Below are positions 35,111-44,675 of a stretch of 64,000 bases of DNA, in pieces (the stretch's first letter is position 1; every line of letters begins with the position of its first letter). Made by a program: the position numbers and the translations under genes. Below the pieces are notes generated by a model that was not told the DNA's origin, did not search any database, and worked only from the letters and a program-made list of their open reading frames with translations. Source of the stretch: Candidatus Methanomethylicaceae archaeon (GTDB lineage Archaea > Thermoproteota > Methanomethylicia > Methanomethylicales > Methanomethylicaceae); contig JAOAJN010000002.1 in the NCBI GenBank assembly GCA_026414165.1, positions 8,246-72,245 on the forward strand, in the 5' to 3' direction.

Positions 35111-36031
35111 TCACTTCTGCACACTCTCGACAGTCTCAAACGGCTTCAGCATCCGTGACAAAAGGTCTGTTCTAGTTATTATTCCCACAGGTCTGTTCTG
35201 TTCATCTACAACCACTAGTCTCCCAATGCTGGACCTCCGCATCTTGTTCATTGCCTCTAATATGTCCTCATCCATGCCGATTGTGACTGGTCTTCGACTC
35301 GTAGCCTCCCCAACAGTCAAATGAAGTTTGTCCTCACTGGCGCACCTTGCCACATCCGACCCAGTTATTATACCAACCAAAGACGCCCCGTCGATTACGG
35401 GCGCGGCTCTTATGAACTCCCTATATAAGATTCCGGCAGCTTCTTTTATCGGAATGTTCGGAGGGATGGATACGAGCCTCTTTGACATGAGGTTTCTCAC
35501 TTTTTCTTTAGGTATGCTGATGATGTTTATGACCTCCAGCAGGATCTCCCCGTGAATCTCGTCTCTGCCAACCATCCTCCCCTCGATGACCATCCTCCCT
35601 GATGGTGTCGGTCCTACCACAAGCTCCTCACCGATGTCGAGCTTCGATACATCTCCGACAACCTTCAACAACACTTGGCAGAAGTCGGGACTGTACACAC
35701 TCTTAAAGAAAATATCGGTCACCGTGACTCCAGTATTTTCGCCGTTCCTCCGATAGATGGGGACCGTCAGGGTTCGAAACTGCTTTGGTATGCTGAAGCT
35801 CTCATATGCCTTACTGGTCGGTATGTACCCGCCCTTTGGACCGGGCACTGCCTCAACCAGCCCTAGCGCTCTCAGGACTGGCATTATGTTCCTTATGGTG
35901 CCTTCGTCCCTTCCAGTCTTGACAGCGATATCCTTGCTCTTTACTAGGGTTTTCTTTTTTTCATATAACTCTATAAGAGCCACCATGATCTCCTTTTGGG
36001 GCGAGGTCAGGTAGGACAAAAGATTTGCCAC
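35111..36031 (-). CDS. transcriptional regulator: N-terminal wHTH, central domain and C-terminal CBS pair
   Basis: 306 aa. wHTH-like N-terminus (SKDIAVKTGRDEGTIRNIMPVLRALGLVEAVPGPKGGY) and two CBS repeats at the C-terminus. Confidence 0.65.
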   Translation of the reverse strand: MANLLSYLTSPQKEIMVALIELYEKKKTLVKSKDIAVKTGRDEGTIRNIMPVLRALGLVEAVPGPKGGYIPTSKAYESFSIPKQFRTLTVPIYRRNGENTGVTVTDIFFKSVYSPDFCQVLLKVVGDVSKLDIGEELVVGPTPSGRMVIEGRMVGRDEIHGEILLEVINIISIPKEKVRNLMSKRLVSIPPNIPIKEAAGILYREFIRAAPVIDGASLVGIITGSDVARCASEDKLHLTVGEATSRRPVTIGMDEDILEAMNKMRRSSIGRLVVVDEQNRPVGIITRTDLLSRMLKPFETVESVQK

Positions 36032-36107
36032 CTTGAATTTATAACGAGATAATTATAATTATTAACAATGCTTATTAATATTTATATTGTATCTTGAACG
36101 ATCTAAA

Positions 36108-38003
36108 ATGCCTCTCGACCAAATACTCTCAAAAAGTGCCGAAAAGTTCGGAGACAGAACTGCCATCGTTTGGAACGAGAAGAGTTACTCCTTCAGGGAT
36201 TTAGACTTGATGAGTAACAGGTTAGCCAACGCCCTTATTGAAATAGGGCTTTCCAAGGGAGATAGGGTCTGCATATTCATGCAGAACTCGCCAGAGTTCG
36301 TGATCTCCCACTTTGGGATCATAAAGGCAGGTGGCATCACCGTTCCCCTCAACGTCATGTACAGAAGGCGAGAGCTTGTGCACATGGTCAACGACTCTGG
36401 GGCTACTGTTATGGTGACATCTGAGGGTAACTTGCCTTATGTCTTGGAGGTAAAAAATGATCTCAAGTCCTTGAGTAAGATCATCGTAACTTCTTTAAAT
36501 GTACCAGACGGGTGCCTCTCTTTTTACAAGCTGTTAGAAGAGGGGGTCGAAAAACCTGCGAATATTGATAATAAGGATGACGAGATTGCAGTTATCTGTT
36601 ATACCTCGGGGACAACAGGCAGCGCCAAAGGCGCAATGATTACACACTCCAACTTCATATCAAATATCGCCACTCTCTCTGAACTTTGGGAACTTACAGA
36701 CAAAGACCGACTCATGATGGCCTTGCCGATGTTTCATGTTCATGGACTCGGAATTGCGGTGCATGGGATGGTCTACTGTGGCTACACCATGATACTGCTG
36801 GAGCGATTCGATGCGAGGAAAGTTATGGAGGGAATAGAGAGGTATAAGTGCACAGTGTTCATGGGCGTACCCACAATGTACATCAAGCTACTTGAGATGG
36901 AGGATCGCAAATATGACCTCTCGAGCATGAGGCTTTGGACTGTGGGATCTGCTCCTATGCCGGTGGACGCTATGGAGAAGTTCAAGGAGAGATATGGATT
37001 TGAGCTCCTCGAGCGGTATGGAATGACCGAGACTGCCGTGGTGATCGCGTCGAACCCCCTCAGAGGAAAGAGAAAGCCTGGGTCTGTGGGAATGCCGATT
37101 CCAGGTGTCGAAGTCAAGGTTGTAGACGAGGATGACAAAGAGCTTCCAGTCAATGAAGTTGGCGAGATCGTGGTCAGGGGACCTAACGTAATGAAGGGTT
37201 ACTGGAAAAGGCCCCAGGAGACTGAGGAAGCCTTCAGAAATGGCTGGTTCCATACGGGGGATCTCGGGAAGATCGACGAGGAGGGGTACTTGCATATTGT
37301 AGGCAGGAAGAAGGAGATGATTATCTCTGGTGGTTTTAAGATCTTCCCGCGGGAGGTTGAAGAGGTGCTCCATGCTCATCCAAAAGTTAAGGAGGTTGCC
37401 GTTGTGGGGATACCCGATCCCGTCAAGGGCGAGAGTGTTAAGGCATTCATAGTACTTAAAGATGGTATGAATGCTACCGATAAGGAGCTGGACGAGTACT
37501 GCCGTAACAACTTGGCGGCATTCAAAGTTCCGAGGATCTACGAGTTCGTCAGCAGTATACCGAGAACACCGAGCGGAAAGATCTTGAACAGGCTACTATC
37601 GCAGGCGAAGGTAAAGGATCTGATGATTCCAAATGTAAAGACCATTGACAGAAGGGTTTCTGCGTATGAAGCAGCAAAATATATGAAAGAGTCAAACGTT
37701 GGGAGCTTGATTATAACGGATGGCGACATTCCCATAGGAATCGTAACCATGAGAGATATACTCTACAAAGTAATCTCCTTGGGGAGTTTGGGCAAGGATG
37801 TCTCGCTGAGCACTATAATGTCGACACCTTTGCTCACGGTTGAGGCCGACGAGGACGTCTCAAAGGCAGCTGCGCTTATGAGAAGGTGGAATGTCTGGAG
37901 ATTGGCTGTGAGAAATGGAGAGGGCCAAATTATTGGCCTCATAAGCGGAACTGACATATTCAAAGCATTTGTGGGCAGAAAGATGGAAATACAAATAACC
38001 TAG
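36108..38003 (+). CDS. AMP-forming acyl-CoA ligase fused to a C-terminal CBS pair
   Basis: YTSGTTGSAKG AMP-binding motif, YGMTE, GWFHTGDLG, PRTPSGKI, followed by about 125 aa with two CBS repeats. ATG 36108 is preferred. Confidence 0.85.
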   Translation: MPLDQILSKSAEKFGDRTAIVWNEKSYSFRDLDLMSNRLANALIEIGLSKGDRVCIFMQNSPEFVISHFGIIKAGGITVPLNVMYRRRELVHMVNDSGATVMVTSEGNLPYVLEVKNDLKSLSKIIVTSLNVPDGCLSFYKLLEEGVEKPANIDNKDDEIAVICYTSGTTGSAKGAMITHSNFISNIATLSELWELTDKDRLMMALPMFHVHGLGIAVHGMVYCGYTMILLERFDARKVMEGIERYKCTVFMGVPTMYIKLLEMEDRKYDLSSMRLWTVGSAPMPVDAMEKFKERYGFELLERYGMTETAVVIASNPLRGKRKPGSVGMPIPGVEVKVVDEDDKELPVNEVGEIVVRGPNVMKGYWKRPQETEEAFRNGWFHTGDLGKIDEEGYLHIVGRKKEMIISGGFKIFPREVEEVLHAHPKVKEVAVVGIPDPVKGESVKAFIVLKDGMNATDKELDEYCRNNLAAFKVPRIYEFVSSIPRTPSGKILNRLLSQAKVKDLMIPNVKTIDRRVSAYEAAKYMKESNVGSLIITDGDIPIGIVTMRDILYKVISLGSLGKDVSLSTIMSTPLLTVEADEDVSKAAALMRRWNVWRLAVRNGEGQIIGLISGTDIFKAFVGRKMEIQIT

Positions 38004-38725
38004 GTCAGGTCACCACAGGCGCAGAATGCCTCTCCTATGGCCTTGTAAAGCTCCAAGAAACCCGTCCCTTCCGTTGCAGACACCATTAAAGTCCGCTTCT
38101 TTTTCTCTAATTTTTCAATTATCCCGCGTAGCTCCTCTGCCAAACTTCCCACAAGTCCTTCTATTTCCCTCTTTGTCGAATCTTCCATAACCCTCAGGGA
38201 TTCTAAACTTAGGAGGTCGCATTTGTTCACAATCTCTATGGAAGGAATTCCTAATCTCAGTTCAACCACTAGGCCCAACATCTTCAACACCATGAAGTCA
38301 TTCGGCTTCTTCATCAGTACTGGGTCAATGAGAAATGCAGAAACGGTTCTGCCCCTCAAAGATGATGCCAACTTCGGACCCAGAGTTCTAAAGAGAAATA
38401 TCTCCATCTGCCCTGGCGTGTCCACCAGCAAAAAATCTGGAGCTAGTGCTGATACTGCCTCTAAAACTTCGGCAAACCTTTCCTCCATAATCTCCGCAGC
38501 TCTTATGAGGGCACCGTTTGGTCCGAGGTCCTCCTTGCGCATTAATTCCTCAACTTTGACTATATTTCTCACGTCAAACGAGGGCGTAAAGGGTAGCTTT
38601 TCGGCGCCAGGATCCAAGTTGACATAATCCACCATTATTCCTTCGTTCTCCAGCCATTTGCCAAAAGACTTGGTTAATGTGCTCTTGCCAGAGCCTGCAG
38701 GGCCAATTATGATCAAATTTACCAT
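38000..38725 (-). CDS. GPN-loop GTPase
   Basis: GPAGSGKST P-loop, NLDPG, and the GPNGA (GPN) motif. Confidence 0.85.
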   Translation of the reverse strand: MVNLIIIGPAGSGKSTLTKSFGKWLENEGIMVDYVNLDPGAEKLPFTPSFDVRNIVKVEELMRKEDLGPNGALIRAAEIMEERFAEVLEAVSALAPDFLLVDTPGQMEIFLFRTLGPKLASSLRGRTVSAFLIDPVLMKKPNDFMVLKMLGLVVELRLGIPSIEIVNKCDLLSLESLRVMEDSTKREIEGLVGSLAEELRGIIEKLEKKKRTLMVSATEGTGFLELYKAIGEAFCACGDLT

Positions 38726-38895
38726 AATAATTCCCCTAAAATGCTATTAGAGCCTCAGCATTAATTGCAAAATCAGATAAAGAAAACTGGCTTTTAATGA
38801 CTTCGCTTTTAAATTTAGTTTAAAAATTCTATTGAATTATAAATAAAAATGATAAAAGTAGTTAAAATAAAAAATGAAAATAAATGAAAATAAAG

Positions 38896-40506
38896 TTAAT
38901 GTTTTGTTGGGATGCTCGATTTTATGAATGCGCCTGTCAGAGTCTCCTTTAGGAGGTCCTCGGAGTGGGGTTTTGTCACAAATGCTAGTATCAAAGTGAC
39001 TACTGTGCTCGCTATGAAGCCTGGCACCACAGCATAAAGCGCCACAACGCCAGGAATTATTATATTTCTGCCCCATATAGCGAATGAGATCAGCGTTACT
39101 ATGAAACCAACCAGCATCCCCCACCTTGCCGCATGTTTGTTCATTCTTTTCCAATAAAGCCCGCCTATGATCGGCCAGAAGAAGCAGTTGACCATCACTG
39201 CCAGAGCAGCCCATATGAACCACGCAAGCATCGGCTGAGGAGTCAATGATATGTACCATGAAGATACTCCTGCTATGAGTACGACTAATCTATTTATCCA
39301 AACCGTAGCCTTTTCTGAGGTCTTTGGTCTTAGTACATTTTTCACGAGGTCGTATGAGACATTACTCGCAGCCGTTACGAGTAGCCTGTCGGTGGTAGAC
39401 ATAACGGCAGCCAGCACACAGGGGAGTAGGAATATAAACAGTTCATATGGCAACGCCGCTTTAGCTATTGTTGGGTATGCCATATCATTCCACGCAACAG
39501 TCACACCTCCTTCAAGCCTCAGGGATGCGAGATTCAGAGTTCCCTGTGCCCACGCAGCCCTTGCAGCCAATCCTATCAGCGAGGTTCCAAGTATCAAGGG
39601 CACTCCGATGACATACATTATTACTGGACCCCACCTAGTGTACTTAGACTCCTTGAAGCATAAAACGTTGTTAACAACATGTGGTGCGACCAGAAGACCC
39701 AGCGGCACCGTTATCCCAAACAAAGTCAAATTATATGCCCAGCCGACCAGCACTATATCTGCCGGTCCGAATGGTTGGTCTAGGAAAGTCCCGAATAGGT
39801 ATCCTGGGGTCTGACCTCTAACGGTCTGTTGCAATATTGGGATCTTCGATACGAGTTCATTGAAGGTAGTCCACCCTCCCATCCAGTTAATTATCATTGG
39901 TGTCGTTATAAAGACTCCAAAGATCATTATCAACGACTGAAGGAAAGTTGTCCATGCTGTAGAAAACATCCCTCCACCCATCACATAGCCTACCACTATC
40001 ACCAAGGCAATTAAAGAACCTACTGAGTATGGTATACCAAGGACCACCTCTGTAACAACTCCTATGGCAGTGTACTGTCCGATCAAATATGCAAAACATG
40101 TAACTGCCGAAACAATTCCTGCCAAAGCCCTCAAGATCTTTGGGTCTTCGTAGCGTACTGCAAAGTAGTCTTGAATTGTCCAGATTTTGTGTCTCTTTCT
40201 AAGCGTCCACATCTTGTATCCGACTAAGACTGTGCAGAAGGATATCGCGAAGGGCGGACCTATGACCCTTTCCCAAAGGTTTGCCCACCCGCTCTGGAAG
40301 CCGAGACCTGCGACGCCTATTATTGTCATTCCACTCGTGACCGCACCGACCATTAGTAGGACATATGTCCAGAACCCCAGTTGCCCAGAGGCTGCCACGA
40401 AATCGGCCGTTGTCTTAGTCCTCCTCGCACCAAAGTAGCCTATTATAGCTATGGCAATTATGTATGCTGCGAAAACACCTAAGCCAATCAAGTCTATATT
40501 GGCCAT
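38896..40506 (-). CDS. sodium:solute symporter (SSS) family transporter
   Basis: 536 aa, about 13 TM helices, with the N-terminal pattern typical of the SSS family. Confidence 0.8.
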   Translation of the reverse strand: MANIDLIGLGVFAAYIIAIAIIGYFGARRTKTTADFVAASGQLGFWTYVLLMVGAVTSGMTIIGVAGLGFQSGWANLWERVIGPPFAISFCTVLVGYKMWTLRKRHKIWTIQDYFAVRYEDPKILRALAGIVSAVTCFAYLIGQYTAIGVVTEVVLGIPYSVGSLIALVIVVGYVMGGGMFSTAWTTFLQSLIMIFGVFITTPMIINWMGGWTTFNELVSKIPILQQTVRGQTPGYLFGTFLDQPFGPADIVLVGWAYNLTLFGITVPLGLLVAPHVVNNVLCFKESKYTRWGPVIMYVIGVPLILGTSLIGLAARAAWAQGTLNLASLRLEGGVTVAWNDMAYPTIAKAALPYELFIFLLPCVLAAVMSTTDRLLVTAASNVSYDLVKNVLRPKTSEKATVWINRLVVLIAGVSSWYISLTPQPMLAWFIWAALAVMVNCFFWPIIGGLYWKRMNKHAARWGMLVGFIVTLISFAIWGRNIIIPGVVALYAVVPGFIASTVVTLILAFVTKPHSEDLLKETLTGAFIKSSIPTKH

Positions 40507-40518
40507 GAGAATTCCTCC

Positions 40519-40821
40519 CTAATCGGGCGACCTCCATCTTAAAGCCCAAATCAGCAGTAGTGCCACTTGTACTACAATAGGGATCGCTACGCAGAAGAAA
40601 GTAAGCGGCTGCATTCCAAAGATCCTCTCCGAGGATAATGATGGTGCAGTGGATAGGGCTGCGAGCGACGGCATCCCCAACAATGTACAGATGCGAGAGA
40701 TCGGCAGCAAATCTAGCGAAACAGGGAGTGAAACCATGTTTAAGGACAAAAAGGCAAGCATCCCTAAGCCGCTTCCCAACGGACGTCTGAATCTTTGAAG
40801 AGTTTTAGAGAAGGATCGCAT
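40519..40821 (-). CDS. small membrane protein upstream of the SSS transporter (start uncertain)
   Basis: ORF of up to 100 aa. The hydrophobic C-terminal half ends LLLIWALRWRSPD, resembling the tail (VILWLKISHWEDE) of the small ORF at 43938-44111. Confidence 0.35.
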   Translation of the reverse strand: MRSFSKTLQRFRRPLGSGLGMLAFLSLNMVSLPVSLDLLPISRICTLLGMPSLAALSTAPSLSSERIFGMQPLTFFCVAIPIVVQVALLLIWALRWRSPD

Positions 40822-40822
40822 C

Positions 40823-42037
40823 TCAGATCAGCCTCCTGGTGTCCAATACTCTCTTGACTTTGCCCTCGCTCCTTGGAATGCTCCCAGGTGGCAAGATCTC
40901 AACGTTAGTTCTCAAAAGCGTCGCAGCCTTTATCTCCTCGAAGACCTCGTTCCTGAGGCGTTCCATCGCCTTCTGGTCTTTGGCGAATCCGTTGTTGACC
41001 TCAACTTTCACAGTGATGTCGTCTATTCCGGAGAGCACGATGAGGAAATTCCCATTGGACTCCCTGTGGGATGCCACTATCTTTTCTATCGTGGATGGGT
41101 ATATTCCGATGCCCCTTATCTTAATCATGTCGTCAATTCTACCTCTCATCCAGTCTATCTTCCTGTGAGTCCTTCCACATTCGCATGGACCATCCACGAA
41201 CCGCGTGATGTCGCCAGTCCTAAATCGCAGAAGAGGCATACCCTCCCTTGATAGTGGGGTTATGACAAGCTCTCCTTCTTCCTCTAAGCCAAGCTGTTCG
41301 CCAGTCTTTGGGTCTATGATCTCTGCTAAGAAGTGGTCTTCCCATATATGTAAGCCGGACTTTGATTGGCACTCGATTGCAACACCAGGTCCTCCAACCT
41401 CAGCTAAACCGTAATTGTTGAAGGCATCTATCTCTAAACCTTCCTCTATCTTCTTCCGCATCTCTCTTGTCCAAGGCTCGGCACCCAAGACGCCAATCCT
41501 TATCCTTAGGGAAGATCTCAGCCCGTTTTGAGACTCGAGGCACTCCATCAATCGAAGCGCAAAGGAGGGTATGGCGTGGAACACAGTAACACCAAAGTCT
41601 CGCATAGTCTCCAGCTGCTTCTCGGCATTTGCTGAGCCGAGGGGCACCACTGTTAGACCGAGCTTTTCAGCACCTTGTATTAGACCCAGCCCTCCAGTAA
41701 ACATGCCCTGCGAGGTTGTATTCTGGAACACGTCGCCCTTCTTGGCACCCGCGCATGCGAGCCCTCTAGCCATCAACTCAGACCATATCTTGAGGTCTCT
41801 TTTAGTGTAGAATGTTGTTATTGGTTTGTTTGTTGTACCAGAGGACGTGTGTATCCTCAAGACTCTGTGCAACGGCACTGCTAATGCGCCGAACGGGAAG
41901 CACTCTGCAAGGTCTTTCTTGGTTGTGAAAGGAAGTTTCTGCAGATCGCTGACTCCGCTGATTGTTTCAATATTTGCTTCCTTCAGTTTTTTCCTTATGA
42001 AGGGAACTTTTTTGGCCCTATTAAAGGCCCGTTTCAA
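40823..42037 (-). CDS. paaK: phenylacetate-CoA ligase (PaaK)/coenzyme F390 synthetase family adenylating enzyme; 5' end unresolved
   Basis: SSGTTNKP, GAEPWT and YGLAEVGGPG motifs, collinear with PaaK. The homologous N-terminal helix continues upstream of the TTG at 42037 (see findings). Confidence 0.8.
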   Translation of the reverse strand: MKRAFNRAKKVPFIRKKLKEANIETISGVSDLQKLPFTTKKDLAECFPFGALAVPLHRVLRIHTSSGTTNKPITTFYTKRDLKIWSELMARGLACAGAKKGDVFQNTTSQGMFTGGLGLIQGAEKLGLTVVPLGSANAEKQLETMRDFGVTVFHAIPSFALRLMECLESQNGLRSSLRIRIGVLGAEPWTREMRKKIEEGLEIDAFNNYGLAEVGGPGVAIECQSKSGLHIWEDHFLAEIIDPKTGEQLGLEEEGELVITPLSREGMPLLRFRTGDITRFVDGPCECGRTHRKIDWMRGRIDDMIKIRGIGIYPSTIEKIVASHRESNGNFLIVLSGIDDITVKVEVNNGFAKDQKAMERLRNEVFEEIKAATLLRTNVEILPPGSIPRSEGKVKRVLDTRRLI

Positions 42038-42381
42038 CCTCTCATTCTGTATTTTTTCTAGATTTTTTCTTTCTATTTTTTCAAGGCTTGGTTGGAAACA
42101 CCCTTCAGAGGGTGTAAACGCAACTCCTCCTTAGAATGGTCTGCACACCAATTCACCCCTTAAAACTCTGGCTGGAGATTGCGATACTGTTGGCTCATGG
42201 AGTCTATTGATAAACTAAATTCCTCCAAGAGCTCACCCAGTACTCCTCCAGTGACCAAATCATGGTATGGTTTTCATATTTAAGCATTTTGGTTTAATGA
42301 TAAAGTCTCGAATAGCAACTGGATAAAAAATTACCAAATGAAAATAAAAAAGGTGGCAGGTTTATCCGTTTGGACTTTTCC

Positions 42382-43938
42382 CTACCGACTCTGTTTTGAG
42401 AAGAGTTTTGATAGTTGCTCCTCCGGGACAGGCTTCGTGAGAAGGCTGACTCCTACGTATACAGCACCGCAGCCGAAGATGAGTGCTAGAGCCCAGATGC
42501 CCCAGTGATTGAAAGGAGGAACAAGCTTGCCGTAAACCGATGGATGCAGTAAGGCTACAGCCATGCCATATATTATTGTTGCTATAGCACCGAATTTTGT
42601 GGCCCTCTTCCAATACATAGATGCCGCCACGACGAAGAAGAATATTCCAGCCTGTGCTACCGCCGAGCCCGACATGAACTCCGATAGGACCGGCGGAGGA
42701 GAGGTATAGGTCCACCACAACGGTATTACTAGGAATGGAATTATCAGCAGCCTTGAAGTTAAGAGTAGTGCCCTTGGGTTGGCCTTTGGAGCCATGTTGT
42801 TGATCAAGTCTCGCGTTACATTTGTTGCCATTATCATTACCATGCCTGCAAGTGTTGAGACCGCTGCTGCGAATACTGCCATGGAGAATACTGCGCCTCC
42901 CAAAGGACCGCCGAGTGCCATACTCACGAGCGTCGCAGCCGCGTCGCCATATACCGGTGCCAAGGTCATTAAGTCAGATCCCCAGACCGCCCTGGCCGCA
43001 AGTCCCATCGCACCAATCATCAGCGGCGTCACACAGTTCAGTGCCACGATAGCCATCAACAAAACATACTCCTTCTTTGTGGTTTTCCTGAGTCCTAGGA
43101 ACCTGACAATGTTGTGTGGGAAGCCTGTCGCCATGAAGAGGAACATGAAGAGTGAGGCAGTAACTCCAATCCAATCATATCCGGCGAACGCGGGAGATAT
43201 CGGGGCAGTATAGCCCGCCAGGGATACAGGTGTGCTAGTGCCTCCTGGTCTAACGAAGTTTGAAGATGCAATTGCCTCCGCTATCTTTGCAGGACCTCCC
43301 GCCCAGAAGATGGAAGCTATGCCGAATATCCATCCTATCACCATGAAGATGCCTCCTTGAACTGCCAGAGAGAACTGGGTGCCTGCGTACCCACCTAGGG
43401 CAAGATAAACTCCGCAGAGTATTGCTGTTAGTGCTAGACTCCAAAGCCAATCAGTTCCAGTGGTCAGGCGCCAAACAGAGGCCATTGCCTTGTACTGTCC
43501 GACGCTGTAAACTATTAGGAGGATCATCATGGTCAGTCCGGCGAGCGCCTGCAAGAGCCTACTATCGAACCTTATCCTCACGACCTCGGGGACCGTTCTC
43601 GCTCCTAGTGCAGCATAGCGACGCATCCGGTACCCTAGTACAACACATAGCGAGAGACCCATTAGATTTGCCGTGCCTATGAGCCAAGAGCCGGACCATC
43701 CATAAGTGTAGCCCAGACCGGCATTTCCGAAGATCGCCCATCCGCTGAGCCATGTTGCCGTTAACGCAAGACCTGTAACTATTGGTCCTATGTCACCATG
43801 CCCTACCATCCACTCATCGAAGTTCTTCGATCTTCGGAAGAAGTAGATTCCAATGCCGACACTGATTGCAAGCATAGACGAAACTGCAATGCCCACCGCG
43901 ATTGTGGATTCTGGTGTGGGTAGAGGTATCGAGGTCAT
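42382..43938 (-). CDS. sodium:solute symporter (SSS) family transporter
   Basis: 518 aa polytopic protein, distantly related to the 38896-40506 product. Confidence 0.8.
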   Translation of the reverse strand: MTSIPLPTPESTIAVGIAVSSMLAISVGIGIYFFRRSKNFDEWMVGHGDIGPIVTGLALTATWLSGWAIFGNAGLGYTYGWSGSWLIGTANLMGLSLCVVLGYRMRRYAALGARTVPEVVRIRFDSRLLQALAGLTMMILLIVYSVGQYKAMASVWRLTTGTDWLWSLALTAILCGVYLALGGYAGTQFSLAVQGGIFMVIGWIFGIASIFWAGGPAKIAEAIASSNFVRPGGTSTPVSLAGYTAPISPAFAGYDWIGVTASLFMFLFMATGFPHNIVRFLGLRKTTKKEYVLLMAIVALNCVTPLMIGAMGLAARAVWGSDLMTLAPVYGDAAATLVSMALGGPLGGAVFSMAVFAAAVSTLAGMVMIMATNVTRDLINNMAPKANPRALLLTSRLLIIPFLVIPLWWTYTSPPPVLSEFMSGSAVAQAGIFFFVVAASMYWKRATKFGAIATIIYGMAVALLHPSVYGKLVPPFNHWGIWALALIFGCGAVYVGVSLLTKPVPEEQLSKLFSKQSR

Positions 43939-44111
43939 TATTCATCCTCCCAGTGTGAGATCTTTAGCCAAAGAATCACCGCACTCCATACTACACTCAA
44001 TAGCAATGTACCCCAGTAGGCATACCAGCCACCCACAGTGGCTGCGATAACGGGAACCGAGATAAAACACAGCGCCATTATTAGAAGACCTAAGATAGTA
44101 TTTGATCTCAT
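43938..44111 (-). CDS. 57-aa two-helix membrane protein (putative small subunit of the SSS transporter), not in the supplied ORF track
   Basis: Hand translation: MRSNTILGLLIMALCFISVPVIAATVGGWYAYWGTLLLSVVWSAVILWLKISHWEDE. Its ATG overlaps the regulator stop (ATGA) and its TAA overlaps the transporter ATG (TAATG). Confidence 0.5.
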   Translation of the reverse strand: MRSNTILGLLIMALCFISVPVIAATVGGWYAYWGTLLLSVVWSAVILWLKISHWEDE

Positions 44112-44509
44112 ATGTATTCCCTCCTCAAACCTTCCGCGATCAATAATCCAGGATAGGTCACTTTCGCTGGAACGCCCTTGTTCTCAACACTTCCGCCTTC
44201 TATAAGGTAGAAGTCCCTGAGTGCCCTTATGCTCCACTTAACAGTAGATTCTGGTATACGCATTCTCCGGGAGATCTCTCTAACTTGCCCAGAACACGTG
44301 AGGCCAAGATGCTCGGTCTCCACTATGTGGAGTAAGATCTGCTTCTGCAGCAGTGTCAGTTTCTTAGAACAGATCCTTTTCAAGGATTCTTCCAAGATCG
44401 CGGAGGGGATTATTTTATTTTTCCCATTTTTATTTTTGCTTATATTTGGATTTAGATTTAGATTTGGATCCTTATCTGAAAAGGCGAACACCTTTGTAAC
44501 GGCGGACAC
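44108..44509 (-). CDS. putative HTH transcriptional regulator with a low-complexity N-terminus
   Basis: 133 aa. LTLLQKQILLHIV...QVREISRRMRIPESTVKWSIRALRD resembles an HTH. The N-terminal PNLNLNPN tract is encoded by a GATTTA repeat. Confidence 0.5.
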   Translation of the reverse strand: MSAVTKVFAFSDKDPNLNLNPNISKNKNGKNKIIPSAILEESLKRICSKKLTLLQKQILLHIVETEHLGLTCSGQVREISRRMRIPESTVKWSIRALRDFYLIEGGSVENKGVPAKVTYPGLLIAEGLRREYI

Positions 44510-44675
44510 CCTTGTCCAATTTTTACCCTCCGTGGGATAATAGTGGGCACTATAGTATTATTTAAGCTTAATGGATAAATTGTCTTAACCAAACGGAGAT
44601 TTGGCTTTTAAAATCATGTTTTCCACACTCAATCTTTAAACTCGGTCAGAGACACCAGGTTTTTACTATTATGCC

